Assembly: GCA_013815345.1 (NCBI GenBank)
Contig: JACDGK010000002.1
Coordinates: 35,399-99,398, forward strand
Direction of reading: 5' to 3'
Source of the DNA: Patescibacteria group bacterium
GTDB taxonomy: Bacteria > Patescibacteriota > Minisyncoccia > Phycocordibacterales > Phycocordibacteraceae
DNA: 64,000 nucleotides
Each line of letters opens with the position of its first letter. Within the stretch, counting starts at the first letter, position 1. The notes below the pieces were generated by a model that ran no database searches, was not told the DNA's origin, and saw only the letters and a program-made list of their open reading frames with translations. Below, piece by piece: positions 48,533-58,759 of this stretch. Position numbers and translations under genes: made by a program.

Positions 48533-49042
48533 TTAACAGTGGTACTGATATTGATACTGGTAACCACCATAAGGGTAACTTTGTGACTGATATTGGTACT
48601 GATTGTAAAGTGGTTGCTGATACCCACATCCCGTATTCATTGGCTGCTGATAATAATTGTACGAGTTGTTGTACCAATTATTATTGTACGAAGTGTTGTA
48701 ATTGTTGTTTTGATACTGCCAGGAATTACCGTATCCAGGATAACTATTGTAGTTATTATAACTATTGTTATATGAAGGATATTGGTTCCATTCTTTTAGA
48801 ATACAGTTTGGATCATAGCGACCATTGCAGACGGATCTACCCTGATATCCGCCGTAGTAGGAGTTGTTGTAATTGCTATACCCATTCATATAGCTATTAC
48901 CATACCCGTTGTTGTAGTTATTATAATTTGGATAATACGAAGCAAACGCAGGCGTAGCAAGCAACAGACCCCCCAAGGCTAGGGCACCAGCGGCTACTTG
49001 AGCGAGACGGATTTTTGTAGTCATACGCGTAGACATTAGCAA
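48533..49042 (-). CDS. secreted Tyr/Asn/Gln-rich low-complexity protein
   Basis: Signal peptide ...ALALGGLLLATPAFA; mature region almost entirely Y/N/Q/S/G with 4 Cys; sits between dnaK and dnaJ on the same strand. Confidence 0.5.
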   Translation of the reverse strand: MLMSTRMTTKIRLAQVAAGALALGGLLLATPAFASYYPNYNNYNNGYGNSYMNGYSNYNNSYYGGYQGRSVCNGRYDPNCILKEWNQYPSYNNSYNNYNSYPGYGNSWQYQNNNYNTSYNNNWYNNSYNYYQQPMNTGCGYQQPLYNQYQYQSQSYPYGGYQYQYQYHC

Positions 49043-49087
49043 TAATAAGCTGAACGTATCATGAAGATCGTAACTCGTAAATACCCC

Positions 49088-51022
49088 TTACTCGGAAGGT
49101 TTTTCTGTGAATTCAGCGTCGGTAGCACCAGCTTCTGGAGGGGTACCACCTGGCTGATCGGTTGCCGAAGCATTCTCTTCAGGCGATGTCCCTTCCTTTG
49201 CTGTGTTCTCCGCAACCTTCTCTGCTTGCATCATCGCCTCACCAATCTTTGAAAGTGAGGTGCCAAGGGCTTCACTCGCATTTTTAATGGCTTCCATGTC
49301 GTCACCTTCACGTGCGGTTTTGAGGGTTGCAATCTTTTCATTTACTTCGGTGACGATTGCAGCGTCAACCTTGTCACCGTTATCTTTGACTGCTTTTTCT
49401 GCGGTGTAGACCATTTGTTCAGCAAGATTTTTTGCTTCAACTATTTCTTTTCGCTTCGCATCTTCTCCAGCGTGCGTTTCGGCATCCTGGCGCATCTTCT
49501 CAATATCGGCGGTCGAAAGGCCAGTTGAACCTTCGATACGTATTGACTGTTCCTTGCCCGTTGTTTTTTCCTTTGCTTTCACTGTGAGAATACCGTTGGT
49601 GTCGAGATCAAAGGTGACTTCTACCTGCGGAAGGCCGCGCGGAGCAGGCGGTATGCCGTCAAGCATGAATTTGCCCAACGACTTGTTGTCGGTAGCCATA
49701 GCTCGCTCTCCTTGGACTACGTGGATTTCTACGCTGGTCTGGTTGTCAGCAAAGGTTGAGAATGTTTGTGAACGAGAAGTCGGGATGGCAGTGTTGCGCT
49801 CTACCAACTTAGTCGCAACTCCTCCTGCGGTCTCGATCGAGAGAGAAAGCGGGATGACATCGACAAGAAGAATATCTTTCACGTCCCCCTGAAGAATACC
49901 TGCTTGAATGGCCGCACCAATGGCCACCACTTCATCTGGGTTTACAGTAAGATTGGGTTCTTTTCCAAAGATTTTTTTTACTTCTTCCTGGATTTTAGGC
50001 ATGCGGGTCTGACCTCCTACCATGACGATTTCGTTGATATCAGAAGCTTTGAGACCTGCCGCTTCAAGTGCACGTTTCGTGATGTCTACCGAACGATTAA
50101 TGTATTCATCTGCAAGAGATTCAAGGGTCGAACGACTGAGTTTTATGAGGAAGTGTTTAGGGCCATCGGCATCAGAGGTGATAAACGGAATATTTACTTC
50201 TGTTTCAGCGGCGGTCGAAAGCTCATGCTTTGCTTTCTCTGCAGCTTCGTCAAGACGTTGAAGGGCAAGAGGGTCCTTTGTAACATCAATACCGCTTTCC
50301 TTCTTAAACTCATCCGCCAGATAGCGAACGATCTTTTGATCGATGTCGCGACCGCCCATATGTGCGTCACCGTCGGTTGACTTCACCTCAACCACGTCAT
50401 CACCTACTTCAAGTATCGATACGTCGAAGGTACCGCCGCCGAAGTCATAGACAGCAATTTTTTCATCTTTCTTTTTGTTAAAGCCATACGCGAGTGCGGC
50501 GGCTGTCGGTTCATTAATGATGCGTTTTACATCAAGGCCAGCGACCTGCCCCGCTGCCTTCGTCGCGTTTCGTTGTGCATCGTCAAAATACGCAGGCACG
50601 GTAATGACTGCCTCAGTAATTTTCTCACCAAGCTTTGCTTCGGCATCTGCCTTAAGCTTGCCAAGAATCATGGCTGAGACTTCCTCTGGTCGGTAGTCTT
50701 TCTCTCCCAAATGAACGAGTGCACCACCGTCAGGACCAGCTTTTATCTCGTACGGGACGACTTTTTGATCGCTCTGCACAGCCTCATCATCAAAACGATG
50801 ACCCATGAAGCGCTTGATGCCGTAAATGGTGTTCTTTGGATTCGTGACGGCTTGTCGTTTTGCAAGTGTTCCAACGAGTCGTTCGCCATTCTTTGCAATA
50901 GCCACGACTGAAGGTGTGGTGCGTGCACCTTCTGAGTTTTCAAGCACACGCGGCTCACCTCCTTCCATGATAGCCATGGCGGAGTTCGTGGTCCCCAGAT
51001 CGATACCTAGAATTTTTGCCAT
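49088..51022 (-). CDS. dnaK: chaperone DnaK (Hsp70)
   Basis: [18 protein letters not shown], full Hsp70 architecture, 644 aa. Confidence 0.95.
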   Translation of the reverse strand: MAKILGIDLGTTNSAMAIMEGGEPRVLENSEGARTTPSVVAIAKNGERLVGTLAKRQAVTNPKNTIYGIKRFMGHRFDDEAVQSDQKVVPYEIKAGPDGGALVHLGEKDYRPEEVSAMILGKLKADAEAKLGEKITEAVITVPAYFDDAQRNATKAAGQVAGLDVKRIINEPTAAALAYGFNKKKDEKIAVYDFGGGTFDVSILEVGDDVVEVKSTDGDAHMGGRDIDQKIVRYLADEFKKESGIDVTKDPLALQRLDEAAEKAKHELSTAAETEVNIPFITSDADGPKHFLIKLSRSTLESLADEYINRSVDITKRALEAAGLKASDINEIVMVGGQTRMPKIQEEVKKIFGKEPNLTVNPDEVVAIGAAIQAGILQGDVKDILLVDVIPLSLSIETAGGVATKLVERNTAIPTSRSQTFSTFADNQTSVEIHVVQGERAMATDNKSLGKFMLDGIPPAPRGLPQVEVTFDLDTNGILTVKAKEKTTGKEQSIRIEGSTGLSTADIEKMRQDAETHAGEDAKRKEIVEAKNLAEQMVYTAEKAVKDNGDKVDAAIVTEVNEKIATLKTAREGDDMEAIKNASEALGTSLSKIGEAMMQAEKVAENTAKEGTSPEENASATDQPGGTPPEAGATDAEFTEKPSE

Positions 51023-51113
51023 AGTTTTTTAAAATTAACTTGTAACACCGCTTTATATCTTATTTTACACCTTTTAGTTTTTGAGTTCAAATCGGCGCGT
51101 TCACCCTTTACCA

Positions 51114-51668
51114 CTATCCTTCATCAAAATGTGACACCCGTACTTTCGCCGGTCGCAACACCATGTCACCAATTTTCCAGCCAGTCTCGAGCACTGCGGT
51201 TATATGGTCATCATTCTCTTTGGATTCTGCATTATCTTGCCCTAAGGCTTCATGAAGCAAGGGATCAAATTGTTCGTCAATCGCCCCGAACTGGGTAAGG
51301 CCTAGCGACTGTGCGGCTCCCTCAAGTTGCTTAACAATACCTTCAAATCCTTCAGGAAGCACTCCGCTCATCTGCGCTCGCTCGAGAGAATCAATGGCAG
51401 GAAGAAATGCTTTAGCGGCAACAATGGTGCCGAGTAGAATTGCCGCTTTTTTTTCCTCCTCGAATCGTTTAAGCGCATTCACATAGTCAGCTTTAGCACG
51501 TTGCCAGCCGTCAAGGTTTTCGAGCTTTTCTTTTTTCACTACCTCGAGCTCCTTGCGAAGTTTCGTGACTTTTGTATCTGCACGATCCTCAAGGGCAGCG
51601 ATATCTTCCTCGCTTTCGCCAGTAGATTCTTCGCTATCGTGTTCTATGACTACCTCATCGTCATCCAT
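51114..51668 (-). CDS. grpE: nucleotide exchange factor GrpE
   Basis: Acidic N-terminus, coiled coil, C-terminal GrpE beta-domain; directly upstream of dnaK. Confidence 0.85.
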   Translation of the reverse strand: MDDDEVVIEHDSEESTGESEEDIAALEDRADTKVTKLRKELEVVKKEKLENLDGWQRAKADYVNALKRFEEEKKAAILLGTIVAAKAFLPAIDSLERAQMSGVLPEGFEGIVKQLEGAAQSLGLTQFGAIDEQFDPLLHEALGQDNAESKENDDHITAVLETGWKIGDMVLRPAKVRVSHFDEG

Positions 51669-51704
51669 ACATTGAATATACAGGAAAAAATTGTTCTCTC
51701 AACA

Positions 51705-52592
51705 TTACACTTTCACACTCACTTTTTCTTTGCACTCTATCGAGCAAAATGTCTTTCCATTAGGTTCGAAACAATCAACACAAACGAGAAAATGGAGGTG
51801 ACAGAAGTTGTTGGCGCAGTTTATGTACTGTTCGGTGGTAGCGTTGCAGAGGTGACAAACGCCGATGATTTCTCGATCGCCGCCGAAATCCATCGTGAGT
51901 CGCTGATCGAAGGTATAGAGTGTACCGAGAAAATCTTCTCCTGGATACTTTTCCATATAGCTATGTATGCCGTCTTGAAGCTGATACACGTCAGTAAAAC
52001 CACTACTCATAAGATAAGCCGACATTTTCTCGCAGCGGACTCCCCCAGTGCATACGGTCACGACTTTCTTATCCTTAAGTGATTCAAGCTTCGGAAGTGT
52101 CTGAGGAAGATCACGAGAGTTTTCAAGGCCAGGATTGATAGAGTCTTTAAAATGCCCGGATGCGAATTCATAGTCATTGCGCATGTCTACTACTACAAAA
52201 TCCTTTTCATTCGCATACCAAGAACGAAGCTCTTTGGGTGAGAGATGCGGTGCTGTCTGAATACGAGGATCAACTTTTTCTTGAGGAAAATGTGTTCCTA
52301 CTATTTCGTCTCGTACTTTCACTGACAATTTTGGAAATGTGTTGCCTTGTCCCGCGCTCCGTTTGATACTCATGTTCGATAATCGGCCATCTTGTATAAG
52401 CTCTTGGACAAACGCTTCGGTATCCTTCACTATCCCTTCAAAGGTGGCATTGATGCCTTCTTCCGCAATAATCGCCCGACCTAAAAGTGAATGTTTTTTG
52501 GCAAGCTCACGAATCCAGCCCGCAAGTTTCTGCGGATTTTCAATGGTCACATATTTATAGAAAAGTAGTACTTCGTAGGACGAATGGCTCAT
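51705..52592 (-). CDS. trhO: rhodanese-domain protein, UPF0176/TrhO (tRNA uridine(34) hydroxylase) family
   Basis: N-terminal VLLFYKYV hallmark, rhodanese active-site Cys loop CTGGVRCEK, C-terminal Cys-rich tail. Confidence 0.8.
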   Translation of the reverse strand: MSHSSYEVLLFYKYVTIENPQKLAGWIRELAKKHSLLGRAIIAEEGINATFEGIVKDTEAFVQELIQDGRLSNMSIKRSAGQGNTFPKLSVKVRDEIVGTHFPQEKVDPRIQTAPHLSPKELRSWYANEKDFVVVDMRNDYEFASGHFKDSINPGLENSRDLPQTLPKLESLKDKKVVTVCTGGVRCEKMSAYLMSSGFTDVYQLQDGIHSYMEKYPGEDFLGTLYTFDQRLTMDFGGDREIIGVCHLCNATTEQYINCANNFCHLHFLVCVDCFEPNGKTFCSIECKEKVSVKV

Positions 52593-52630
52593 TGAGACAA
52601 TTGTACCAAAATCACTTCATTTAGGTAAAG

Positions 52631-52692
52631 AAACACGCCAGAAGAAAATCGCAGCGAAAGCACTCAGGCTGCGATTTTCTTCTGGCGTGTTT
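52631..52692 (-). terminator. 25-bp perfect-stem hairpin downstream of the large secreted-protein gene (probable terminator)
   Basis: aaacacgccagaagaaaatcgcagc-gaaagcactcag-gctgcgattttcttctggcgtgttt; lies between convergently ended genes. Confidence 0.5.
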
Positions 52693-52702
52693 CTTGTGCT
52701 AC

Positions 52703-54427
52703 TTAATTTACTTGGAAACTACGCGTATTGCTTGCCTGACCATTTGGCCCTGTTACATAGATCAAGTAGGCTCGGGGGGTAACTTCTACGACAGGTTGTG
52801 TACACGAAAATGTTGAGGTCCAGAGATCGCAACCTGATACAGCGCGAGGGATCGTGTAGTAGATCACCGTGCCATTATTATAGGATTGCAGATTTCGCAT
52901 GCCACCGATTCCAAAATGAACCGTATTTCCATAGGTTGCGAAACCGCTTCCCTGGATGGCAATCGTTGTCCCTACGCTTCCCTGCTGGGGCGAAAGATAC
53001 GAGATGTTTGAAGATCCGCCACCATTGTTTGAGCCTGATACAACAACCGTGAGGTTGTAGCTCGTATAAGAACCCGAGTTCCCTCTCGCAGTGAATTGAA
53101 TAGTGTAGGTACCTGAGTTCTGGTACGTGTGGCTGAGTGATACCGAACCATTGTTGGAAATAAATGCTTGCTGGCTTGTGCTATTTCCGCTTTGATCCTG
53201 CCAGTTGGCGGTTACGGTAACTTGCTCGTTTACGGTATCAGTAAGGTATACAACATAGGTATTCGTAGTGCCCGTCGTAACATTTGTCGGACCGTTTACG
53301 CTCGTAATCGATACGGTACCGTTCTGGTTACCATTGTTCGTTAAGACAAACTGAACGGTATTACTCGTAGCACCATAACTATTCGTTATCGAGACAGGAT
53401 AGCTTGTCGAATAAGAATTCGTATTAGTCAGATTGTAGGGAACGGTAAACGTGAGCGAAGTGCCATTCGAAGAATAAACATTCGAAATCACACTGTTACC
53501 GAAGCGCACGGTGTTTCCATTAGAAGAGAATCCTGAGCCGTATGCCGTAACCATTGTTGCTCCATTTACGAAGTTTGAAGTGAGGGAGTTAAGGATTATT
53601 GTCTGCTGGTTGGGGTAGCAGAGATTCGAGCCATTGTAGTTGTAACCGTTGTACTGATAGTTGCAGCCGCACTGATTCGTGTTGCCATAGGTGGTACCGT
53701 ACAAAGGACAATTAAACCAAGAATTTGTGAGATTGAATTGCAACGCGTTCGTCGTACCGCGAGAATTTGATACCGAGATAGGATAGTTGCCCGTCGAGAG
53801 CGAAGGTACGATAAACGTAAGCGAGGTTCCATTGCTTGAAATACTGTTTATTGCAGTAGAACCAAAGTGCACGACGTTATTCCAGGAATCAAATCCGGTT
53901 CCATAGAGCGTGACCGACATTCCGGCTGATCCGCTTGTTGCCGAAAGAGAGCTGAGCGAAAGATACGAATAAGTATTGCCGCCATTATACGGAGGATACG
54001 TTGGATAGGCCGGAGGAATAACCGGTGGAATGACTGGATAGGTATTTCCGCCGCCACAACTTACCTGCTGCACTGCTGCACGGGTGAGAGGACCGACAAC
54101 GCTGGTTGGAGGGATTCCGTGTGATGCTTGGAATTGGGCTACGGCTCCTGCGGTGATGGTGCCGAAATAGCCGGTAACAAGGGTGCTCGGAAGATACCCA
54201 CTTCGAGCGAGAAAGCTTTGAAGCTGAGAAACCTGGCCCCCACTAAGAAAATCAGAGGTTCCTATTGTAAGAGGCGCTGTGAGAGTGAGGCATGAGCCGC
54301 TCGTATAGCCTGTTGTCGGATAGGCTGGATTGCCGTAGACCTGTGCGTGAGCCGCTGGAGCAAACGGAAGACTGCCCACAAGGAGGGCCGAAGCGAAGAA
54401 AACAGCAAAAAATGAGGTCTTTTTCAT
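52703..54427 (-). CDS. secreted cell-surface protein with N-terminal peptidoglycan-binding (PG_binding_1-like) domain and repeated Ig/TIG-like beta domains
   Basis: Signal peptide; LQSFLARSGYLP...GYFGTITAGAVAQFQASHGI PG-binding pattern; at least 4 repeats containing GTSLTF/GATS..VQF. Confidence 0.6.
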   Translation of the reverse strand: MKKTSFFAVFFASALLVGSLPFAPAAHAQVYGNPAYPTTGYTSGSCLTLTAPLTIGTSDFLSGGQVSQLQSFLARSGYLPSTLVTGYFGTITAGAVAQFQASHGIPPTSVVGPLTRAAVQQVSCGGGNTYPVIPPVIPPAYPTYPPYNGGNTYSYLSLSSLSATSGSAGMSVTLYGTGFDSWNNVVHFGSTAINSISSNGTSLTFIVPSLSTGNYPISVSNSRGTTNALQFNLTNSWFNCPLYGTTYGNTNQCGCNYQYNGYNYNGSNLCYPNQQTIILNSLTSNFVNGATMVTAYGSGFSSNGNTVRFGNSVISNVYSSNGTSLTFTVPYNLTNTNSYSTSYPVSITNSYGATSNTVQFVLTNNGNQNGTVSITSVNGPTNVTTGTTNTYVVYLTDTVNEQVTVTANWQDQSGNSTSQQAFISNNGSVSLSHTYQNSGTYTIQFTARGNSGSYTSYNLTVVVSGSNNGGGSSNISYLSPQQGSVGTTIAIQGSGFATYGNTVHFGIGGMRNLQSYNNGTVIYYTIPRAVSGCDLWTSTFSCTQPVVEVTPRAYLIYVTGPNGQASNTRSFQVN

Positions 54428-54576
54428 ATACTAATTATGGATGAATATAAATGGGTTATACCACTATTATTTATTTAATGCAAGCCCTCCTCGCGATACC
54501 CTAAATGGACCTTGATTCTTGCTTCTGCGAATAAAACTGCTAAAACGCATGTACTACAGCTAGACATTCTCATTCA

Positions 54577-54810
54577 ATGAAGTACCCTTTCCCTATGACA
54601 ACTGAACAAGAAAACAATTCATCGCACGCGTGCCGTAAATATGGTTTTTATGGATCTTTCGTTGGAGGCGTATGGTTGATTGTGGTGGGAGCAATCTTTC
54701 TTTTGAATAATTTTGGTTATTTTGAAGGAAACGCCTGGGGAAAGCTCTGGCCACTCTTTATTATTGTTCCTGGCCTGTTCATGATATTCCGTTCTCGCAG
54801 TAGTAAGTAA
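54577..54810 (+). CDS. small hypothetical membrane protein (2 TM)
   Basis: 77 aa; two hydrophobic segments. Confidence 0.4.
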   Translation: MKYPFPMTTEQENNSSHACRKYGFYGSFVGGVWLIVVGAIFLLNNFGYFEGNAWGKLWPLFIIVPGLFMIFRSRSSK

Positions 54811-54817
54811 AAACGCT

Positions 54818-55222
54818 TTAACGTTTTGACCACTGCGGAGCTTTACGCGCCTTAAGAAGACCTGGTTTCTTACGTTCTTTAGCACGAGGATCGCGTTTAA
54901 GCAGCCCTGCTTTTTTGAGGGAGGGACGAAGCGATGCTTCCCCTTTCAGTAGTGCGCGGGAAATAGCATGGCGAACGGCCTCGGCCTGAGAAGATATTCC
55001 ACCACCCTGCACACGTGCAATAACCTCATAGGTTCCCGTTACGTCGTCTAGTCGAAATGCGTCACCCGTGATAGACGTGCGCTCTTTTGTTTTAAAATAT
55101 TCATCTGCGGGCATGCCATTGACGGTAATAGACATCTTGCTCGCTGGCGTGAGCTTGATGCGAGCGCTCGCCGTTTTGCGGCGTCCGACAGCGGTAGTAT
55201 AGGGTTGGGTGGTTTCAGGCAT
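54818..55222 (-). CDS. rpsI: 30S ribosomal protein S9
   Basis: GRRKTASARIKL..., C-terminal ...KR. Confidence 0.9.
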   Translation of the reverse strand: MPETTQPYTTAVGRRKTASARIKLTPASKMSITVNGMPADEYFKTKERTSITGDAFRLDDVTGTYEVIARVQGGGISSQAEAVRHAISRALLKGEASLRPSLKKAGLLKRDPRAKERKKPGLLKARKAPQWSKR

Positions 55223-55239
55223 AGCAATAAATTAAAGCA

Positions 55240-55641
55240 CTACACAGTGATAGTAAGGCGCTTCATGCGGTCGTTGCGCAGCTTGTTACGAGGCAACATC
55301 CCGTCGACGGCTTTTCGCAACGCTTCTTCGATGCCTTTCTTGTCGATGAGGAGAGCCATCGTCGTTTCCCGAAGACCACCAGGATAGCCAGTGTAGCGAA
55401 CATATGTCTTACCCGCTACGCGTTTTTCTGGAAGAGAAAGCTTTGACGCATTCGTGATTGTAACTTCCACTGGAAGCACGAGATTTTGAACGTAGTGTGC
55501 CGATTTCTTTCCGAGAAGTGCAGAAGCAGCTTCACTCGCAACACGGCCAAGCGTACGACCCTGAGCGTCCACGGTGTAGTGAATTGTCTCAACGCCTTGA
55601 AGTGTTCGCTGCTTGGATACTTTTTGAGAAATGGTGCTCAT
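55240..55641 (-). CDS. rplM: 50S ribosomal protein L13
   Basis: YTVDAQGRTLGRVASEAASALLGK... canonical L13; start at MSTIS. Confidence 0.9.
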   Translation of the reverse strand: MSTISQKVSKQRTLQGVETIHYTVDAQGRTLGRVASEAASALLGKKSAHYVQNLVLPVEVTITNASKLSLPEKRVAGKTYVRYTGYPGGLRETTMALLIDKKGIEEALRKAVDGMLPRNKLRNDRMKRLTITV

Positions 55642-55651
55642 GGTACTGGAA

Positions 55652-56005
55652 CTAAACGAACGCAATATACGCGGTATCGCGCCCGGTAGTCGCGTTTGGC
55701 GCGCGCTTTATAATACGCACATACCCGCCCGGACGAGTTGCATAGCGAGGTGAAATAGTCGCAAAGACTTTTTTAACCGCCTCATCATCGTTGCCGAGCC
55801 GTGAAGACACGAGGCGACGATTTGCAACGCTGTCGACGCGACCATGCGATACCAATTTCTCGATGAATGGTCGAAGTTCTTTTGCTTTCGCTTCAGTCGT
55901 CGAAATACGCTCATGAATGATAAGGGAACGGGCAAGAGACCGAAGCAACGCACTGCGCTGGTTCTTCGGCCTATTAAACGATCGTCCTTTGTGCTGATGT
56001 CGCAT
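55652..56005 (-). CDS. rplQ: 50S ribosomal protein L17
   Basis: MRHQHKGRSFNRP... canonical L17. Confidence 0.9.
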   Translation of the reverse strand: MRHQHKGRSFNRPKNQRSALLRSLARSLIIHERISTTEAKAKELRPFIEKLVSHGRVDSVANRRLVSSRLGNDDEAVKKVFATISPRYATRPGGYVRIIKRAPNATTGRDTAYIAFV

Positions 56006-56047
56006 AGATGTTGATTTACCTTACCCGTTTAGAGAGAATGAGTCAAT

Positions 56048-57031
56048 CTATGCGTCTTTGAGAGAAAGGTCGAGTGACTCGAGAGCCTCGCTGATCTCGC
56101 TGATCGCCTTGTCTCCGACGCCATCAAGCTCCTTGAGAGAAGCTGCCGATTTGCGGGTAAGCCCTCCGACTGAGCGAATACCCGCGTCCGAGAGTGCGCT
56201 GGTAATACGAGCAGAAAGATTTAAGTCTTCGATTTTGAGCTTTGACGGATCTTTGTCATCTTTACGGCTTGTGGTCGATTCTTCAGCATCGGTCCTATCT
56301 GCCATGTCTGAGGCAAGTGACTGATGGGTCGCTTCAACTTCCTCCTGAAAGCCGACGATTGCCTTGAGCTGGTGAATCATAATCTCGATAGAACGTTCAA
56401 GAGCTTCACGAGGAGTGATGGTGCCATTGGTTTCAATAACCATGCGCAAGCGATTAAAATCGGTACGATCTCCGACGCGCATGTCTTCTACTTCATAATT
56501 TGCACGACGAATTGGTGTAAAGGCAGCATCGAGTGCGATAACGCCGATGTCCACTTTTTCTTTCGTTAGAACTTCGCGTGGCACATAGCCAAGCCCGCGT
56601 TCAATGGTTGCTTCAAGTTCAAGACCAACCTTTCCAGAAATATCAGCTATATGCTGACTCGGATTTGCAATGGTCACCTGCGACGGAAGTTGGAAATCTG
56701 CTGCAGTAACTTCTTTCGCTCCACCTTTGACAGAGAGACGAATAGTCTGTGCTTCGTCACCATGAAGCGTAAAGTGCACACGCTTGAGGTTCAGAAGAAT
56801 TTCCATAACCGTTTCGCGGATACCTTCGATAGTAGCGAATTCGTGCGAAACATCTTCAATTTTTACCGAAGTAATAGCAGCACCCGGAAGTGATGAGAAC
56901 ACAATACGACGAAGGCTGTTGCCAAGCGTCTGACCGTACCCTGGGTACAGTGAATCTATTTCATAAATGCCGAGCATGCCTTCTTCAGACACGACTCGAG
57001 GCTTCGACGGGAGGGTGATGTGGTATTCCAT
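56048..57031 (-). CDS. rpoA: DNA-directed RNA polymerase subunit alpha
   Basis: GQTLGNSLRRIVFSSLPG N-domain, C-terminal alpha-CTD. Confidence 0.9.
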   Translation of the reverse strand: MEYHITLPSKPRVVSEEGMLGIYEIDSLYPGYGQTLGNSLRRIVFSSLPGAAITSVKIEDVSHEFATIEGIRETVMEILLNLKRVHFTLHGDEAQTIRLSVKGGAKEVTAADFQLPSQVTIANPSQHIADISGKVGLELEATIERGLGYVPREVLTKEKVDIGVIALDAAFTPIRRANYEVEDMRVGDRTDFNRLRMVIETNGTITPREALERSIEIMIHQLKAIVGFQEEVEATHQSLASDMADRTDAEESTTSRKDDKDPSKLKIEDLNLSARITSALSDAGIRSVGGLTRKSAASLKELDGVGDKAISEISEALESLDLSLKDA

Positions 57032-57105
57032 AACGCAATCAATTTTTACCAACTAATAATATAAATAAAACTTCGCTAACGTGAGCCCTTTTCTGTTTCT
57101 CCTCG

Positions 57106-57714
57106 CTAACGCGAGTAGAAGGAAATAACCGACACAAGATCGCCTGCCGGATCGGCAGCTTCTCGTGTCGGCATCTCTTCTACGCCACCTTTCATTCCTT
57201 TCGGATCAAAGGTGAGCCACGAACCGAGCTTTTGCTCACCAAAACGTTCTTTGAAGTTTTCGAAGAGCACGCGCGACTTGCTGCCATCGCGAACCGCAAT
57301 AACGTCACCCTTGCGGATGCGTCGTGATGGAATCGTTGTCTTAACGCCGTTAACCGTAAGATGGCCATGAGAAACCATTTGACGAGCAGCTCGACGAGTC
57401 TTTGTAAGAGCAAGACGATAGACGACATTATCGAGACGTAGTTCGAGAAGACGATGAAGTACTTCTGCAGGATTCTCGCCGTGCGTTGCTACCGCTTCCT
57501 CAACACTATTACGAAACTGTCGTTCAGAAATCCCATACGTGAAGCGTACTTTTTGTTTTTCCAAAAGCTGCTTGCCATACTCCGTTGCGCCGCGTGAACG
57601 TTTCTTCGTTTTTGCGGCACGCTCTTGGGCGATAGCAAATTTCTGCGTCTGTGTTTTTTCAAACACAGAAGCTCCGAGACGTTTTGCAATTTTATATTTT
57701 GGTCCGACTTTCAT
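57106..57714 (-). CDS. rpsD: 30S ribosomal protein S4
   Basis: Canonical S4 N-terminus and S4 RNA-binding domain. Confidence 0.9.
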   Translation of the reverse strand: MKVGPKYKIAKRLGASVFEKTQTQKFAIAQERAAKTKKRSRGATEYGKQLLEKQKVRFTYGISERQFRNSVEEAVATHGENPAEVLHRLLELRLDNVVYRLALTKTRRAARQMVSHGHLTVNGVKTTIPSRRIRKGDVIAVRDGSKSRVLFENFKERFGEQKLGSWLTFDPKGMKGGVEEMPTREAADPAGDLVSVISFYSR

Positions 57715-57735
57715 AATAAGTTAAAAGAAAAAAGA

Positions 57736-58170
57736 TTATACGCGGCGAGCTTTCGGTGGACGAGGGCCGTTATGCGGCACCGGTGTGGCGTCCTTGATAG
57801 CTCGAATCTGAATGCCTTTGCCGGCGAACGCACGAAGCGCGCTCTCGCGTCCCGCCCCAACGCCCCGAATGATGACGCTTGCCTCTTTAAGACCAATGAA
57901 AACTGCCTTTTCCCCAAGAAGCTCGCCCACTTTTGCGGCAGCGTAGGGAGTGGATTTACGAGCACCAGAGAAACCTAGCGCACCGGAAGAAGAAGACATG
58001 ATAGCATTTCCCTTTTCGTCGGTAAGAACGGCTTTCGTATTGTTAAAGGTTGCTTCCACATGGAGAATACCGCGTTCAAGACGCTTTTTAACGGCCTTAG
58101 AAAGGGCGCGCTCTTTGCGTCCTTGATCGAGGCCTTTGCCTGACTTCTTGATAATGCGTTTCTTTCCCAT
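57736..58170 (-). CDS. rpsK: 30S ribosomal protein S11
   Basis: HVEATFNNTKAVLTDEKGNAI canonical S11. Confidence 0.9.
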   Translation of the reverse strand: MGKKRIIKKSGKGLDQGRKERALSKAVKKRLERGILHVEATFNNTKAVLTDEKGNAIMSSSSGALGFSGARKSTPYAAAKVGELLGEKAVFIGLKEASVIIRGVGAGRESALRAFAGKGIQIRAIKDATPVPHNGPRPPKARRV

Positions 58171-58203
58171 AGTGCGGTGATTAGAATGTGATTGAAATAA
58201 GAG

Positions 58204-58584
58204 CTATGTCTTCTCGAGCGTGCGGCGTCCAGAACCCATAGTCTTGCGCGTATTGCCACGAACAGTACGTGAATTGGTTTTGGTACGCTGGCGACGGACT
58301 GGGAGACGACGCTCGTGACGCACACCGCGCTCAGCACGAATGTCCTTCAGTCGCTTTACGTTCTGACCGATCTCGCGGCGCAGCTCGCCTTCGATAGTAA
58401 AACCTTCAGCAAGAACACGAATGGATTGCTCCTCTTCGGGAGAAAGATCACTCCCCTTTTTATCAAGAGGAATCTTTGCTTCTTTTAAAATAGTTCGTGC
58501 ACGGGTAGGGCCAATACCGAAAATAAGCGGCAGTGAATACGCTAGTTGCTTGTTATCTGGAATGGTGACGCCGGCGATACGCAT
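58204..58584 (-). CDS. rpsM: 30S ribosomal protein S13
   Basis: MRIAGVTIPDNKQL... canonical S13. Confidence 0.9.
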   Translation of the reverse strand: MRIAGVTIPDNKQLAYSLPLIFGIGPTRARTILKEAKIPLDKKGSDLSPEEEQSIRVLAEGFTIEGELRREIGQNVKRLKDIRAERGVRHERRLPVRRQRTKTNSRTVRGNTRKTMGSGRRTLEKT

Positions 58585-58609
58585 AATCTGTTGTACGGTA
58601 AATTATCTT

Positions 58610-58726
58610 TTAACCCTGACGAGCTTTGCGACGAGGGTTACGCTTGTTGATACGATACAGCCGTCCGCGACGACGGACGAGGATATCTCCTGGTTGCTGT
58701 TTCTTTATCGATGCCCGTACCTTCAT
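58610..58726 (-). CDS. rpmJ: 50S ribosomal protein L36, cysteine-less (non-zinc) variant
   Basis: Hand-translated 38-aa [41 protein letters not shown] (below ORF-track cutoff); canonical position between infA and rpsM; conserved MKVRAS..K and ..KARQG ends; Zn-ligand Cys/His absent. Confidence 0.7.
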   Translation of the reverse strand: MKVRASIKKQQPGDILVRRRGRLYRINKRNPRRKARQG

Positions 58727-58759
58727 ATCAAATGAATAAAATAGAAAATAAAACGACTT

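Noticed and set aside
50475-51032. Plus-strand ORFs antisense to dnaK
   Set aside because: Antisense shadows of dnaK.
53596-54057. ORFs 53596..53832 and 53848..54057 within the large secreted-protein gene
   Set aside because: Alternate-frame ORFs inside a supported CDS.
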